Source of the DNA: Candidatus Woesearchaeota archaeon
Lineage (GTDB): Archaea > Nanobdellota > Nanobdellia > Pacearchaeales > GW2011-AR1
Direction of reading: 5' to 3'
NCBI GenBank assembly: GCA_964397665.1
Contig: CAYNJW010000004.1
Location: 6,660 to 35,110 of the forward strand
DNA length: 28,451 nt
The notes below the pieces were generated by a model that did no database searches, was not told the origin of the DNA, and saw only the letters and a program-made list of their open reading frames with translations. Position numbers and translations under genes: made by a program. Shown here piece after piece: positions 7,176 through 17,237 of the stretch. Positions within the stretch are counted from its first letter, which is position 1; each line of letters begins with the position of its first letter.

Positions 7176-7645
7176 GGTCTTCCATTCAAAACACCACCAT
7201 CAATAATCTCATCTACCTGGCTTTTAATAAACTCATCAATTAAACTTGTTGAAACTGCAAATGATTCTCCAGAAAGATTAACTGATGTAGTAATAAATGG
7301 AACTTTAGCTAATTGAATACTCTTAAAAAAATCACAATTGGGAATTCTTACCCCCAAAGTATCACCCTTAGCAACATGATTTAAAAAATTTCTTTTCTTT
7401 TTCCTAAGAATTAAGGTATATTGTCCTGGAAGATACTTTGATAAATCAACATCGACAATAAGATTTTCTTCTATCCATTTTATCGAAGGTGCTATAACAC
7501 TTAATGGCTTATTTTTGTCTCTTCTTTTCAAATCTTTTAATTTTTGAACCGCTGGAACATCTAAAGCGTTACAACCAAGACCATAAATTGTATCTGTAGG
7601 GTAAATAAATAATTTTCCACTTAATATTTTTTTCACAACATCCAT
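7136..7645 (-). CDS. tsaC: L-threonylcarbamoyladenylate synthase (YrdC/TsaC/Sua5 domain)
   Basis: Contains YPTDTIYGLGCNA, KRRDKNKPLSVI, LGVRIP and TTSVNLSGE motifs. The track start at 7666 is GTG. The ATG at 7645 has a TATA-like box (7668-7674, minus strand) 23 nt upstream and does not overlap the divergent promoter. Confidence 0.85.
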   Translation of the reverse strand: MDVVKKILSGKLFIYPTDTIYGLGCNALDVPAVQKLKDLKRRDKNKPLSVIAPSIKWIEENLIVDVDLSKYLPGQYTLILRKKKRNFLNHVAKGDTLGVRIPNCDFFKSIQLAKVPFITTSVNLSGESFAVSTSLIDEFIKSQVDEIIDGGVLNGRPSTLIFNGKEIKR

Positions 7646-7678
7646 AAGACTTATAATCTTAAACACCTAATAAACTTT

Positions 7679-7900
7679 ATGCAAATTATATCTCTAATCT
7701 TGATTCTCTGTGCAATTCCTTTAGGAATTTTTGCAAAAAGTCTGACAAAAGATGAAAAAAAAATTTACTGTAAAAAACAATACTTTCCGACAATTATTTT
7801 AATAACTTCAATAAGCATTTTAATCTTCTATTTTATAAATATTATAATTGCTAAAACATTACTTTTTATTACACTTCTAATTTTATTTTGGAAAAAATAA
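7679..7900 (+). CDS. small membrane protein (73 aa, 2-3 TM segments)
   Basis: ATG ORF. TTATAAT at 7651-7657 ends 22 nt upstream. The protein is strongly hydrophobic. Confidence 0.5.
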   Translation: MQIISLILILCAIPLGIFAKSLTKDEKKIYCKKQYFPTIILITSISILIFYFINIIIAKTLLFITLLILFWKK

Positions 7901-7950
7901 TTAAAAGTTATAACCAAAACTACTAAAAACCCTCAAAAACTATTCTAAGA

Positions 7951-8658
7951 ATGGTATTTAATTTAATAGGTCTTGGGTTAAATGAAAAATCAATAACTCT
8001 TGAAGCATTGGAAGCTATAAAAAACTCTGAAGAAGTCTATATCGAAAATTATACTGTTGATTTTCCTTACTCTTTTAGCGAATTAGAAAAAAATCTCAAA
8101 ATTAAGATTCAACCACTAAACAGGGAAGAAGTAGAAAATGAATCTGTAATAATAAAAGCAAAAAATAAAAATATCTCCTTACTAGTTTACGGAGATTCAT
8201 TATCTGCAACAACACATACACAATTATTACTTGCTTGTAAAAAAGAAAATTTAAAATTTAAAATTTACCATAATGCTTCAATTCTAACAGCAATTGCTGA
8301 AACTGGACTACAACCTTATAAGTTTGGAAAAATATCTTCAATGCCAACTTGGACAGATACTTGGAAACCTCATTCTTTTATGGAATACATCATTCAAAAT
8401 CAATCAATCAATGCTCATTCACTCTTGCTAATTGATATCTCACTACCCATTAAAAAAGCAATTGAACAATTAAAAATTGCTTCAAAAGAATTTAATCTAA
8501 ATCTAAATAAAATCATTATTTGTAAAAATCTTGGAACTAAAAATTCTCAAATAATCTATGAATCAATTGATAAAATAAAAGAAATAAAATCTCCATTTTG
8601 TTTTATAATCCCCTCTAAACTTCAAGAGATAGAAAAAGAATATTTAGAGAAATTATAA
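7951..8658 (+). CDS. dphB: diphthine synthase (EF-2 diphthamide biosynthesis methyltransferase)
   Basis: The N-terminus LIGLGLNEKSITLEALEAIK, GDSLSATTH and YKFGK match archaeal Dph5/DphB. Confidence 0.8.
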   Translation: MVFNLIGLGLNEKSITLEALEAIKNSEEVYIENYTVDFPYSFSELEKNLKIKIQPLNREEVENESVIIKAKNKNISLLVYGDSLSATTHTQLLLACKKENLKFKIYHNASILTAIAETGLQPYKFGKISSMPTWTDTWKPHSFMEYIIQNQSINAHSLLLIDISLPIKKAIEQLKIASKEFNLNLNKIIICKNLGTKNSQIIYESIDKIKEIKSPFCFIIPSKLQEIEKEYLEKL

Positions 8659-8696
8659 AACAAAACAAATAAAAACTAAGATCTCAATTTAAAATT

Positions 8697-11537
8697 ATGA
8701 CTGAAAAAAGACAAACTGTTAATGAAAAAGAAAAAGAAATTCTAAATTTTTGGAATGAAAATAAAATTTTTGAAAAATCACTTGAGCAAACAAAAGATAA
8801 GAAAGCATTTGTATTCTCTGATGGACCCCCTTTTGCCACAGGTATGCCTCATTATGGACATTTACTCGGTTCTGTGATAAAGGATATCTATGGTAGATTT
8901 TGGACAATGAATGAAAGATATGTTCGGAGAGTTTGGGGTTGGGATTGTCATGGACTTCCAGTTGAACATATTGCAGAAAAAGGACTTGGGATAAACTCAA
9001 AAGATGAAATTGAAAAAATGGGAGTTGATAAATTTAATAAATATTGTAGGAGCAAAGTTCTAGGTTATACTGATGATTGGAAAAATGTAATAAATAGACT
9101 TGGAAGATGGGTCGATATGGAAAATAGTTATAAAACTATGGACAATGAATATATAGAAAGTGTTTGGTGGGCATTTAAACAACTATTTGAAAAAGGATAT
9201 ATCTATGAAGGTGAAAAAATTCTTATGTATTGTCCTCGTTGTTCTACACCACTTGCGAAAGCAGAAGTTGCAATGGATAATTCATATAAAAACATAAAAG
9301 AAAATACTATTGTTGTAAAATTCAAATTAAAAGATGAAGAAGCATATGCATTAGCCTGGACAACGACACCCTGGACATTACCTTCAAATCTTGCATTAAC
9401 TGTAAATCCAAAATTAAAATATGTATACTTAAAAGACACTTCTGACGGAACAATTTACATACTTGGAAAAGATCTAATTTCTAATTTCTTTAAAGAAGAA
9501 AAAGAATATGAAATACTTAAAGAAATAACTGGAAAAGAACTTGAAGGGAAAAAATATGAACCACTTTTTGATTATTTCTCTGAAACAAAAAATGCATTTA
9601 AATTCTTATGTGGTGACTTTGTAACTGCTGAAGATGGGACTGGAATAGTCCATACAGCTCCAGCATTTGGTGAAGAAGATTATGCAATTTGTAAAAAATA
9701 TGATATCCCCTTAGTTCAACCAGTTGATGAAAAAGGGAACTTTACAGAAGAAATAAAAGATTTTGCAGGGCAATACATTCACAAAACTAATGATAAAATT
9801 ATTGAATTCTTAAAAGAACAAAATAAAGTTGTAATGATTAAAAAAGTAAAACATGAATATCCTTTTTGCTACAGGTGCGATACTAAATTAATTTATAGAG
9901 CATTGCCTGCATGGTTTGTAAATATCCAAAAAATAAAAAAAAGATTATTAGAATTAAATCAAAAATTAAATTGGCATCCAGAATTCTTAAAAAATGGAAG
10001 AGTAAAATATACTATTGAAACCGCACCTGATTGGAATATTTCAAGAAACAGGTACTGGGCAACTGCTATACCCATTTGGAAATCAAAAGATAATGAATTA
10101 CTTGTAATTGGTTCAGAAGAAGAATTAAAAAAATATGCAAAAAATCTACCAAAAGAAAAAATAGATTTACATAAGGATTACCTAGATAAAATTATCTTAG
10201 AAAAAGATGGAAAAGAATTTAAAAGAATTCCAGAAGTATTAGACTGTTGGTTTGAATCAGGTGCGATGCCTTTTGCTCAATTCCACTATCCTTTTGAAAA
10301 TAAAAAGTTCTTCGAAGAAAATTTCCCTGCACAATATGTTGCAGAATATATCGGGCAGGTAAGAGCTTGGTTCTATTACATGAATGTTATCTCTGCAATC
10401 TTATTTGATGATATTCCTTTTGAAAATGTTGTAACTACTGGAACAATTCTTGCTAAAGATGGACAAAAAATGTCAAAATCAAAAAATAATTTTACAGATC
10501 CAACAATCCTTATGGAAAAATTTGGAGTAGATGCACTAAGATTTTATTTAGCTGGAAGTACTGTAATGAATGCTGACAATATAAAATTTATGGATTCACA
10601 AGTTGAAGAAATTTACAAAAAGGTAATTATGCTTCTTTATAATGTTAATAATTTCTATAAACTTTATCCAAATATCAAAGAGGGAACACTAAACTCTGAA
10701 AATCCTCTCGACAAATGGATATTATCAAAAACTAATAAACTAATAAAAACAGTTACAAAAAATCTTAAAGAATATAACACTATTCAGTCTTGTAATGAAA
10801 TAAGAATCTTTGTAGATGATTTATCAAATTGGTTTGTCAGAAGATCTAGAGAGAGATTTAACTCTGGAGAGAAAAATGTTAAAGAAATTTTAAAATATGT
10901 TCTAAAAAATCTTTCAAAGATTATGTCTCCATTAATTCCTTTTATTTCTGAACGAATTTATAAAGATATTACAAATGAAGAATCAGTACATTTGAGTAAA
11001 TGGCCCTTAACTAATGAAAATTTAATAAATGAAGAACTTGAAAATCAAATGGATTATGTTCGTGAAATTGTTTCAAAAGGTCTTAGAATGAGGGATCAAG
11101 AAAGAATCGGCTTAAAATGGCCCTTGGCGAAAATTACTGTTTCTTCAAACATTAAATTATCTGAAGAATTGAAATTGATTATTCTTGAAGAATTAAATAT
11201 TAAAAAATATCAAGAAAAACAAAGCAAGGATACTACTTTAGAAATTAACTTAGACTTTAATTTGACTGAAGAATTGAAATCTGAAGGATTTACAAGAGAA
11301 ATTTCAAGAGTAATCCAAGCTAAAAGGAAAAAAATTGGACTTGTTAAAGAAAATAAAATTAATCTAATCATTGAATCAGAATTTGATGAAATGATAAAGA
11401 AAAATATTGAGTTTCTTATAAAAAGAACTGGAGCAAATGAAATTAACTTTGAAACTATTAAAGAAGATTCTGAAGAAATATTGAGTGGAAATATAAAAAA
11501 TAAGAAATTTAAACTAAGAATAATTAATCACTTATAA
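8697..11537 (+). CDS. ileS: isoleucyl-tRNA synthetase
   Basis: Contains DGPPFATGMPHYGH (HIGH region), WTTTPWTLPSN and KMSKSKNN. Confidence 0.95.
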   Translation: MTEKRQTVNEKEKEILNFWNENKIFEKSLEQTKDKKAFVFSDGPPFATGMPHYGHLLGSVIKDIYGRFWTMNERYVRRVWGWDCHGLPVEHIAEKGLGINSKDEIEKMGVDKFNKYCRSKVLGYTDDWKNVINRLGRWVDMENSYKTMDNEYIESVWWAFKQLFEKGYIYEGEKILMYCPRCSTPLAKAEVAMDNSYKNIKENTIVVKFKLKDEEAYALAWTTTPWTLPSNLALTVNPKLKYVYLKDTSDGTIYILGKDLISNFFKEEKEYEILKEITGKELEGKKYEPLFDYFSETKNAFKFLCGDFVTAEDGTGIVHTAPAFGEEDYAICKKYDIPLVQPVDEKGNFTEEIKDFAGQYIHKTNDKIIEFLKEQNKVVMIKKVKHEYPFCYRCDTKLIYRALPAWFVNIQKIKKRLLELNQKLNWHPEFLKNGRVKYTIETAPDWNISRNRYWATAIPIWKSKDNELLVIGSEEELKKYAKNLPKEKIDLHKDYLDKIILEKDGKEFKRIPEVLDCWFESGAMPFAQFHYPFENKKFFEENFPAQYVAEYIGQVRAWFYYMNVISAILFDDIPFENVVTTGTILAKDGQKMSKSKNNFTDPTILMEKFGVDALRFYLAGSTVMNADNIKFMDSQVEEIYKKVIMLLYNVNNFYKLYPNIKEGTLNSENPLDKWILSKTNKLIKTVTKNLKEYNTIQSCNEIRIFVDDLSNWFVRRSRERFNSGEKNVKEILKYVLKNLSKIMSPLIPFISERIYKDITNEESVHLSKWPLTNENLINEELENQMDYVREIVSKGLRMRDQERIGLKWPLAKITVSSNIKLSEELKLIILEELNIKKYQEKQSKDTTLEINLDFNLTEELKSEGFTREISRVIQAKRKKIGLVKENKINLIIESEFDEMIKKNIEFLIKRTGANEINFETIKEDSEEILSGNIKNKKFKLRIINHL

Positions 11538-11558
11538 GGGAGACAAAAGAGGGAAACC

Positions 11559-11566
11559 TTTAAATA
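11559..11566 (+). promoter_or_regulatory. TATA-like box (TTTAAATA) of the TrmB-family gene
   Basis: Ends 22 nt upstream of the ATG at 11588. Confidence 0.5.
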
Positions 11567-11587
11567 CTAAAAGGATATAAAAATAAT

Positions 11588-12391
11588 ATGATAGTAAAAG
11601 AAGAATTCTTAAGCAGACTAAGAAAGATTTTTGATTTAAATTTATATGAAGTTAAAGTTTGGACTGCACTATTATCTTTAAGACAATCAACAGCTGGAGA
11701 ACTATCTTCAATCTCAGATGTTCCAAGAAGTAGAACATATGATATTCTTGAATCTTTAGAAAAGAAAGGATTCATAATTATGAAATTAGGAAAACCAATT
11801 AAATTTGTAGCTCTTAAACCTGAAGAAGTGGTTGAGAGAGTGAAGAAAAATTTAGTTGTTGAGGCATCTGAAAAATCTAAAAGATTAGAAAAATTAAAAG
11901 GTGATGAAGTATTGGTAGAATTGACAGGATTATTTACCGAAGGAGTTAAACACATTGAACCATCAGAATTATCTGGAGCTCTTAAGGGAAGACAAAATCT
12001 GTATAATCACTTAGATATGCTTATTAGAGAATCACAAAACACAATTACTTTGGTAACTACTGCTGATGGTCTAAATCGGAAATTAGAAGTTCTTATGGAC
12101 TCTCTAGAAAAAGCAAAGAAAAGAGGAGTTAAAATAAGAATTGCAGCTCCAATAAATGAATCAAATAAAAAAGTAGCACAAGATTTTAAAAGAGTAGCTG
12201 AGGTTAGAGATATTGAAGGATTAAAAGCAAGATTCTTAATAATTGATAGTGAACAATTAATGTTTATGCTATTAGATGATGAAACAGTTCATCCAACATA
12301 CGACTTAGGTATCTGGTTAAACACTGAATTCTTTGCACAAGCACTAGAACAGCTATTTGAAGTAGCTTGGAAAAGTTTTAAGAAGATTTAA
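11588..12391 (+). CDS. TrmB-family transcriptional regulator
   Basis: Has an N-terminal winged-helix segment, YEVKVWTALLSLRQSTAGELSSISDVPRSRTYDILESLEKKGFI. The 267-aa length is typical of TrmB-like regulators. Confidence 0.8.
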   Translation: MIVKEEFLSRLRKIFDLNLYEVKVWTALLSLRQSTAGELSSISDVPRSRTYDILESLEKKGFIIMKLGKPIKFVALKPEEVVERVKKNLVVEASEKSKRLEKLKGDEVLVELTGLFTEGVKHIEPSELSGALKGRQNLYNHLDMLIRESQNTITLVTTADGLNRKLEVLMDSLEKAKKRGVKIRIAAPINESNKKVAQDFKRVAEVRDIEGLKARFLIIDSEQLMFMLLDDETVHPTYDLGIWLNTEFFAQALEQLFEVAWKSFKKI

Positions 12392-12443
12392 TTTTGAAAA
12401 AAAATAATAAATAATTCTTTTGAAGAAAAAAATTTTTTATAAA

Positions 12444-12689
12444 TTATAATGAATAACTCATCTCTCCGAAATAATTACTAAATTGTGAAACAAAACCAAA
12501 TTCTTTAGGAGATTCTTTTAAGATCAAATCATTTCTTGTAAACTGATATTCCATTAAACCATCATTAACTTTGGAATCTAAAATCTCTGCAGGATTGCCA
12601 CAAACAGCAAGAAATTCTATTCCATGTATCTGAAAAAATTTCTCTCTAAAACCTTCAGATACTTTGTTAACTTGTTTACCCAAACCCAT
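12444..12689 (-). CDS. hypothetical small protein (81 aa)
   Basis: The track start at 12704 is TTG. For the ATG at 12689, the palindromic TTTATAAA box (12711-12718) lies 22 nt upstream of the ATG. No family recognised. Confidence 0.5.
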   Translation of the reverse strand: MGLGKQVNKVSEGFREKFFQIHGIEFLAVCGNPAEILDSKVNDGLMEYQFTRNDLILKESPKEFGFVSQFSNYFGEMSYSL

Positions 12690-12710
12690 AAAACTAAAAA
12701 ACAAAAGTAC

Positions 12711-12718
12711 TTTATAAA
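12711..12718 (-). promoter_or_regulatory. TATA box (TTTATAAA) of the 81-aa ORF
   Basis: Perfect palindromic box lying 22 nt upstream of the ATG at 12689. Confidence 0.5.
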
Positions 12719-12733
12719 GCTTATTTAAAAAAA

Positions 12734-14401
12734 TTACATTTCTTCTAAAACTTCAATTCCGAGTAAATTCAATGAAACTTTTAAAGTATCTCTAAACTTA
12801 TCAACTAATTTTAATCTAAATCCTTCATTATCACTACTAACAACTGGACAAGAATGATAAAATTCATTGAATAATTTAGCAAGACTATATGAATAATTTG
12901 CAATTAAATTTGGAGCAGAATTTAAATAAGCTTTTTTAACAACTTCTTCAAAGTTACCTATCTTTTTCAATAATAAAATTTCAATAGGCTGAAAAGTAGA
13001 ATATGTTACTTCTTTGTTTTGTTTTACTTTTCTAATAATACTTGAAGCCCTTGCATATGAATAAAGTAAATAAGGTCCTGTGTCTCCTTCAAATGCCAAA
13101 GCTTCTTTTGGATTGAAAACAATTTTCTTCCTATAATCTACTTTTAATAAATGATACTTAATAGCTGCTAAAGATATCTTCAACGCTCTCTCTTTTAAAT
13201 CATCCCCTGAAGCATCTCTTTGCTTTAATCCTTCCAAGGCTAACTTCTTTGTATCTTCAATTAAATCTTCTGCCGAGACTGCAGTTCCTTCTCGTGATTT
13301 CATTTTTCCTTCTGGAAGAGTTACCATGCCATAGGACAAATGTCTCCAATCTTTCTTAAAACCTAATTTATTAAGAATATTAAAAAGTACCTTAAAATGA
13401 TATTCTTGATCATTACCAACAACATAATATGAGCTATCTAAATCAAAATCTTCTATTTTTAATTTTGCCAAGTATAAATCTGTAGTCATATATACTGAAG
13501 TACCATCTTTTCTAATTAGGATCTTTTCACCCAATTTATCTTTTTCTAAATTAATAAAAACTGCACCATCTTTCTTTTTAGAAAACAAACCATTTTTAAT
13601 CCCTTGTTCTATAATCTTTTTTCCTTTTAAATATAATTCAGATTCATAATAATTTTTATCAACATTTAACAAACCAAATTTCTTAAAAGTTTTATTCATC
13701 CCTTCATAAGTCCATGCATTCATTTTACTCCATAACTCTAAAACTTTCTTATCACCAGCTTCCCATTTTCTTAATTTATCTTTTGCAAGTTCTTCAAGAG
13801 ATTCATCTTCTTTTGATGCCTTACTAAACTGAACATATAAATCTCCAACAAAAACATCACCCTCCTTTCTAACATCAGAAGGTGTTTTTCCTTTTGAATA
13901 CAACTCATAACCTACGATTGATTTAGAAATTAAAATACCTCTATCGTTAAATAAATTTAAATGAAAAACTTTATTTCCAACAAATGAACAAATTCTGGAA
14001 ATTGAATCTCCAATAGCCATATTTCTTAAATGCCCAACATGTAATGGCTTATTAGTATTGGGTGAAGGATATTCTATACCAATTCTTTTATTATCTAATT
14101 TAAAATTTAAAATATCTTTCAGAAGAATCTCTTTAGCTAAAAAACTTTTATCAATAAAAATATTAACATAGGGTCCTTTTGATTCTATTTTTGAAATCTC
14201 ATTCACTAAAGAATTTTTTAACTTCTTAACAATTTCTTCTGAAATTTTAACCGGAGATTTTTTCTTAATTCTTGCTAAAGAAAAACAAGGGAAAGAATAA
14301 TCTCCTAGTTCTATTGATGGTGGAACCTCTAACAAATTTTCTACTTCTTGCTCACTTAAATTTGTTTCATCAGCAATCAAACAAATAATCTTTTTTTTCA
14401 T
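12734..14401 (-). CDS. argS: arginyl-tRNA synthetase
   Basis: Contains PSPNTNKPLHVGHLRN (class I HIGH region in ArgRS context). The C-terminal anticodon-binding region ends in Met, as is typical of ArgRS. Confidence 0.92.
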   Translation of the reverse strand: MKKKIICLIADETNLSEQEVENLLEVPPSIELGDYSFPCFSLARIKKKSPVKISEEIVKKLKNSLVNEISKIESKGPYVNIFIDKSFLAKEILLKDILNFKLDNKRIGIEYPSPNTNKPLHVGHLRNMAIGDSISRICSFVGNKVFHLNLFNDRGILISKSIVGYELYSKGKTPSDVRKEGDVFVGDLYVQFSKASKEDESLEELAKDKLRKWEAGDKKVLELWSKMNAWTYEGMNKTFKKFGLLNVDKNYYESELYLKGKKIIEQGIKNGLFSKKKDGAVFINLEKDKLGEKILIRKDGTSVYMTTDLYLAKLKIEDFDLDSSYYVVGNDQEYHFKVLFNILNKLGFKKDWRHLSYGMVTLPEGKMKSREGTAVSAEDLIEDTKKLALEGLKQRDASGDDLKERALKISLAAIKYHLLKVDYRKKIVFNPKEALAFEGDTGPYLLYSYARASSIIRKVKQNKEVTYSTFQPIEILLLKKIGNFEEVVKKAYLNSAPNLIANYSYSLAKLFNEFYHSCPVVSSDNEGFRLKLVDKFRDTLKVSLNLLGIEVLEEM

Positions 14402-14446
14402 AAACTACAAAACAAAAAACCATTTAATAATCTTTTGAAAGAAAAC

Positions 14447-14454
14447 TTTATAAA
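14447..14454 (+). promoter_or_regulatory. TATA box (TTTATAAA) of the 14476 gene
   Basis: Ends 22 nt upstream of the ATG at 14476. The argS promoter candidate TTATTAAA (14423-14430, minus strand) is likewise 22 nt from its ATG at 14401. Confidence 0.5.
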
Positions 14455-14475
14455 GAAAATTAAATAATTAAAATA

Positions 14476-14832
14476 ATGATTAAAGTATATCTCCTTGCTT
14501 TTATATTCTCAACACTTCTTTTATTAATCTCGGTGATTGGTTCAATTCTTTTATTAACTAAAAGAGAAAAAGGAAAAATTATAGATTATTTTGAGAGATT
14601 TATTATTGGGTCTATTTGGTTACTAATTGGAATTTGTTTGAAAGATTTTCTATTAATTGTGCTTGGGATAATCTTTGTGGGATTCTCTTATAATCACAAA
14701 AAAAATTGGAAGAAAAATCATCGATTAAATTCATGGAATAAACTTTCAAAAACTGAAAAACAAATTAAAAAAACTATAATGTTAATGTTAACAATCTTAA
14801 TTCTTTTAGGATTAATTTATTATCTAAACTAA
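14476..14832 (+). CDS. small membrane protein (118 aa)
   Basis: ATG ORF with a correctly spaced TATA box and 3-4 hydrophobic segments. Confidence 0.55.
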   Translation: MIKVYLLAFIFSTLLLLISVIGSILLLTKREKGKIIDYFERFIIGSIWLLIGICLKDFLLIVLGIIFVGFSYNHKKNWKKNHRLNSWNKLSKTEKQIKKTIMLMLTILILLGLIYYLN

Positions 14833-14835
14833 AAA

Positions 14836-16221
14836 TTATAATTTAATAATTTCTTCATATGAGGGGATTGTTATCTCAAATCCTTTTTCAATCAATTTCT
14901 TTGATAAAGCTAATTTCTGTTCTGAATCTCCATGAATCAAGAATACTTTTGGTTTTTTTGAAAAATAATTTAACCAATTATTGAGTCCTTCTCTGTCTGC
15001 ATGAGCAGAAAAACCCTCTATAACCTCTATCTTTGATTTAACATCTACTTCCCTACCTAATAATCTAATTCTTTTTTCACCAGACTTAATGTGTGCTCCA
15101 AGAGTACCCTCAACTTGAAAACCAATAAATAATAAAGTATTTTTCTCATCTTCGATGTTATTAACAATATGGTGTTTTATCCTTCCAGCAGTACACATTC
15201 CACTTCCAGCAATAATAATACATGGTTCATTCAAAGTATTTATCTCCATAGAATCTGTCCTACCCATAGTCATCTTCAAACCGGGAAAACCGAAAACATC
15301 TGAATCCGTCTTTAATCTATTCTGGACATCATTATTAAAATACTTAGTAAACTTCTTAAAAACTTCTGTAGCCCTTATTGCCATTGGGGAATCTAAAAAA
15401 ACTGGCATCTTGGGAATTATTCCCTCGGTCATCAGCTCATCTAAATAAAATAATAACTCTTGAGTTCTTTCAATAGCAAAAGAAGGAATCATCAATTTAC
15501 CACCCCTATTAAAAGTTTCTTTTACTATTCTAATTAACTCTCCTTTTCTAGAAACTAAAGATTCATGCAATCTATCTCCATATGTTGATTCCATAAGAAC
15601 ATAATCAGCATCTTTTATAAATTCAGTTTTTCTTACGAGAATTGTTTCTTTATTACCTAAATCTCCAGAAAATACAATCTTCTTTTCAACCCCTTTATCA
15701 TTTGCTATTACTTGTATGGAAGATGATCCAAGAATATGCCCTGCATCATAAAACTTTGCAGAAAAATTATCTGTAACTTTAACTAAATCTCCATACTTTA
15801 TTGGCTTAAATAAACGCATAGCTTTTGTTACATCTTCCATGGAAAAAATAGGTTTTCTTTGTGGAAGATTTTCTCTTGCTCTTCTTTTATTTTCATTTCT
15901 TACATCTTCCATTGCAATTTTTGCAGAATCTGCCATTACAATAAAAGCTAAAGCTTTTGTTGCATCGGTAGCATAAATTTTCCCATTGAAACCTTCATTA
16001 ACTAATAAAGGTATCCTCCCACAATGATCCAAATGAGCGTGAGTAAGTAATAATGCAGAATATTCTCTTGGATTTACTTTAAAACTTTGATAATTTAATC
16101 TTTCAGAATCTTTATCCCCTTGAAACATTCCACAGTCTATAAACAATTTTTCATTACCTAAACTTAAACTATAACAAGAACCAGTTACTCCCTTTGTAGC
16201 ACCTAAAAATTGTATCTCCAT
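14836..16221 (-). CDS. beta-CASP family metallo-beta-lactamase ribonuclease (aCPSF2/RNase J-like)
   Basis: Contains the HAHLDHCG (HxHxDH) motif. FLGATKGVTGSCY is at the N-terminus, and HGD lies near the C-terminus. Confidence 0.8.
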   Translation of the reverse strand: MEIQFLGATKGVTGSCYSLSLGNEKLFIDCGMFQGDKDSERLNYQSFKVNPREYSALLLTHAHLDHCGRIPLLVNEGFNGKIYATDATKALAFIVMADSAKIAMEDVRNENKRRARENLPQRKPIFSMEDVTKAMRLFKPIKYGDLVKVTDNFSAKFYDAGHILGSSSIQVIANDKGVEKKIVFSGDLGNKETILVRKTEFIKDADYVLMESTYGDRLHESLVSRKGELIRIVKETFNRGGKLMIPSFAIERTQELLFYLDELMTEGIIPKMPVFLDSPMAIRATEVFKKFTKYFNNDVQNRLKTDSDVFGFPGLKMTMGRTDSMEINTLNEPCIIIAGSGMCTAGRIKHHIVNNIEDEKNTLLFIGFQVEGTLGAHIKSGEKRIRLLGREVDVKSKIEVIEGFSAHADREGLNNWLNYFSKKPKVFLIHGDSEQKLALSKKLIEKGFEITIPSYEEIIKL

Positions 16222-16306
16222 CTTCTTAAAAACTACAACAAAAGACCATTTTAATATCTATCGAATATATCTAAAAACCTATAAACTAAAAATTCTTCCA
16301 TAAACT

Positions 16307-17233
16307 ATGGGAATGTTGAAAATTGGGAATGTTGAAATTGAAAATAGATTTATTCTCGCACCAATGGCTGCAGTAAATTGTACAGCCCAGAGACTATTAG
16401 CTAAAAAAAATGGTGCTGGATTAGTTTATACTCAAATGATTGACGCAGATAAAATTGAAAATAAAACTGATAAGGAAATTCAAGAATACTTAAATATCTT
16501 AGATAATGAAAGACCTGTTTCTGTACAACTTGCAGGATTTGATTTAAAAAATCTAAAACGTGCAGTAAAATTAATTGAACCTTACGCAGATATAATAGAC
16601 TTCAATGTGGGGTGTATTCTTGAAAATCAAATAGGAAAAGGATCTGGTGCTTACTTACTTAGAAATCCTGAACTCCTAGAAGAAAGAGTAAAACTTTTAA
16701 TTAAAGAAAGTTCAAAACCAGTAACTTGTAAAATTAGAATTGGATGGGACGCACAAACAATAAATGCTGTAAAAATTTGTCAAATGCTTGAAAAATGTGG
16801 TGTTAGTGCAATTGCAATACATGGAAGAACTGTTCAACAAAAATATGGGAAAAAATCAAACTGGACAATAATGAAACAAGTAAAAGAAAAATCTAAAATC
16901 CCAATTATAGCAAATGGAGATATTACAACATATGAAGAAGGATTAGAATTATTAAAAAAAACTGGTTGTGATTTTGTAATGATTGGTAGAGAAGCAAAAC
17001 ATGCCCCTTGGGTTTTCAATAAAAATTTTAAAAAAACTAATGAAAATGTCAAGGCTGAAATTTTAGAATTTATTAATCTTTATGAAAAATTTGAAAAAAG
17101 AGACTCAATTACTGAATTAACTCAACATGTTTTTTGGCTTTTCAGAGATATAAAAACATCACTAAGAGCACAATGGGTAAGGGAATGTAAAACTTATAAA
17201 GAGGTCAGGGCTTTTTTAGATAGAATAGATTAA
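16307..17233 (+). CDS. dus: tRNA-dihydrouridine synthase
   Basis: Contains FILAPMAAVN, VTCKIRIGW, AIAIHGRT and ANGDI, characteristic of the Dus FMN TIM barrel. Confidence 0.85.
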   Translation: MGMLKIGNVEIENRFILAPMAAVNCTAQRLLAKKNGAGLVYTQMIDADKIENKTDKEIQEYLNILDNERPVSVQLAGFDLKNLKRAVKLIEPYADIIDFNVGCILENQIGKGSGAYLLRNPELLEERVKLLIKESSKPVTCKIRIGWDAQTINAVKICQMLEKCGVSAIAIHGRTVQQKYGKKSNWTIMKQVKEKSKIPIIANGDITTYEEGLELLKKTGCDFVMIGREAKHAPWVFNKNFKKTNENVKAEILEFINLYEKFEKRDSITELTQHVFWLFRDIKTSLRAQWVRECKTYKEVRAFLDRID

Positions 17234-17237
17234 AAAA

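Noticed and set aside
7098-7316. 72-aa plus-strand ORF (TTG start) across repeat copy 2
   Set aside because: It is antisense to the well-supported C-terminus of tsaC, starts at TTG and has no promoter. It is open only because of the composition of the opposite strand.
7646-7666. GTG/TTG-extended N-termini in the ORF track: tsaC at 7666, the MutS-like gene at 20864, the GIY-YIG gene at 20772, and the 86-aa ORF at 12704
   Set aside because: I checked the start codons and they are GTG or TTG. The extensions would overlap the divergent neighbour's promoter or coding region. Downstream ATGs have TATA boxes at the canonical spacing.
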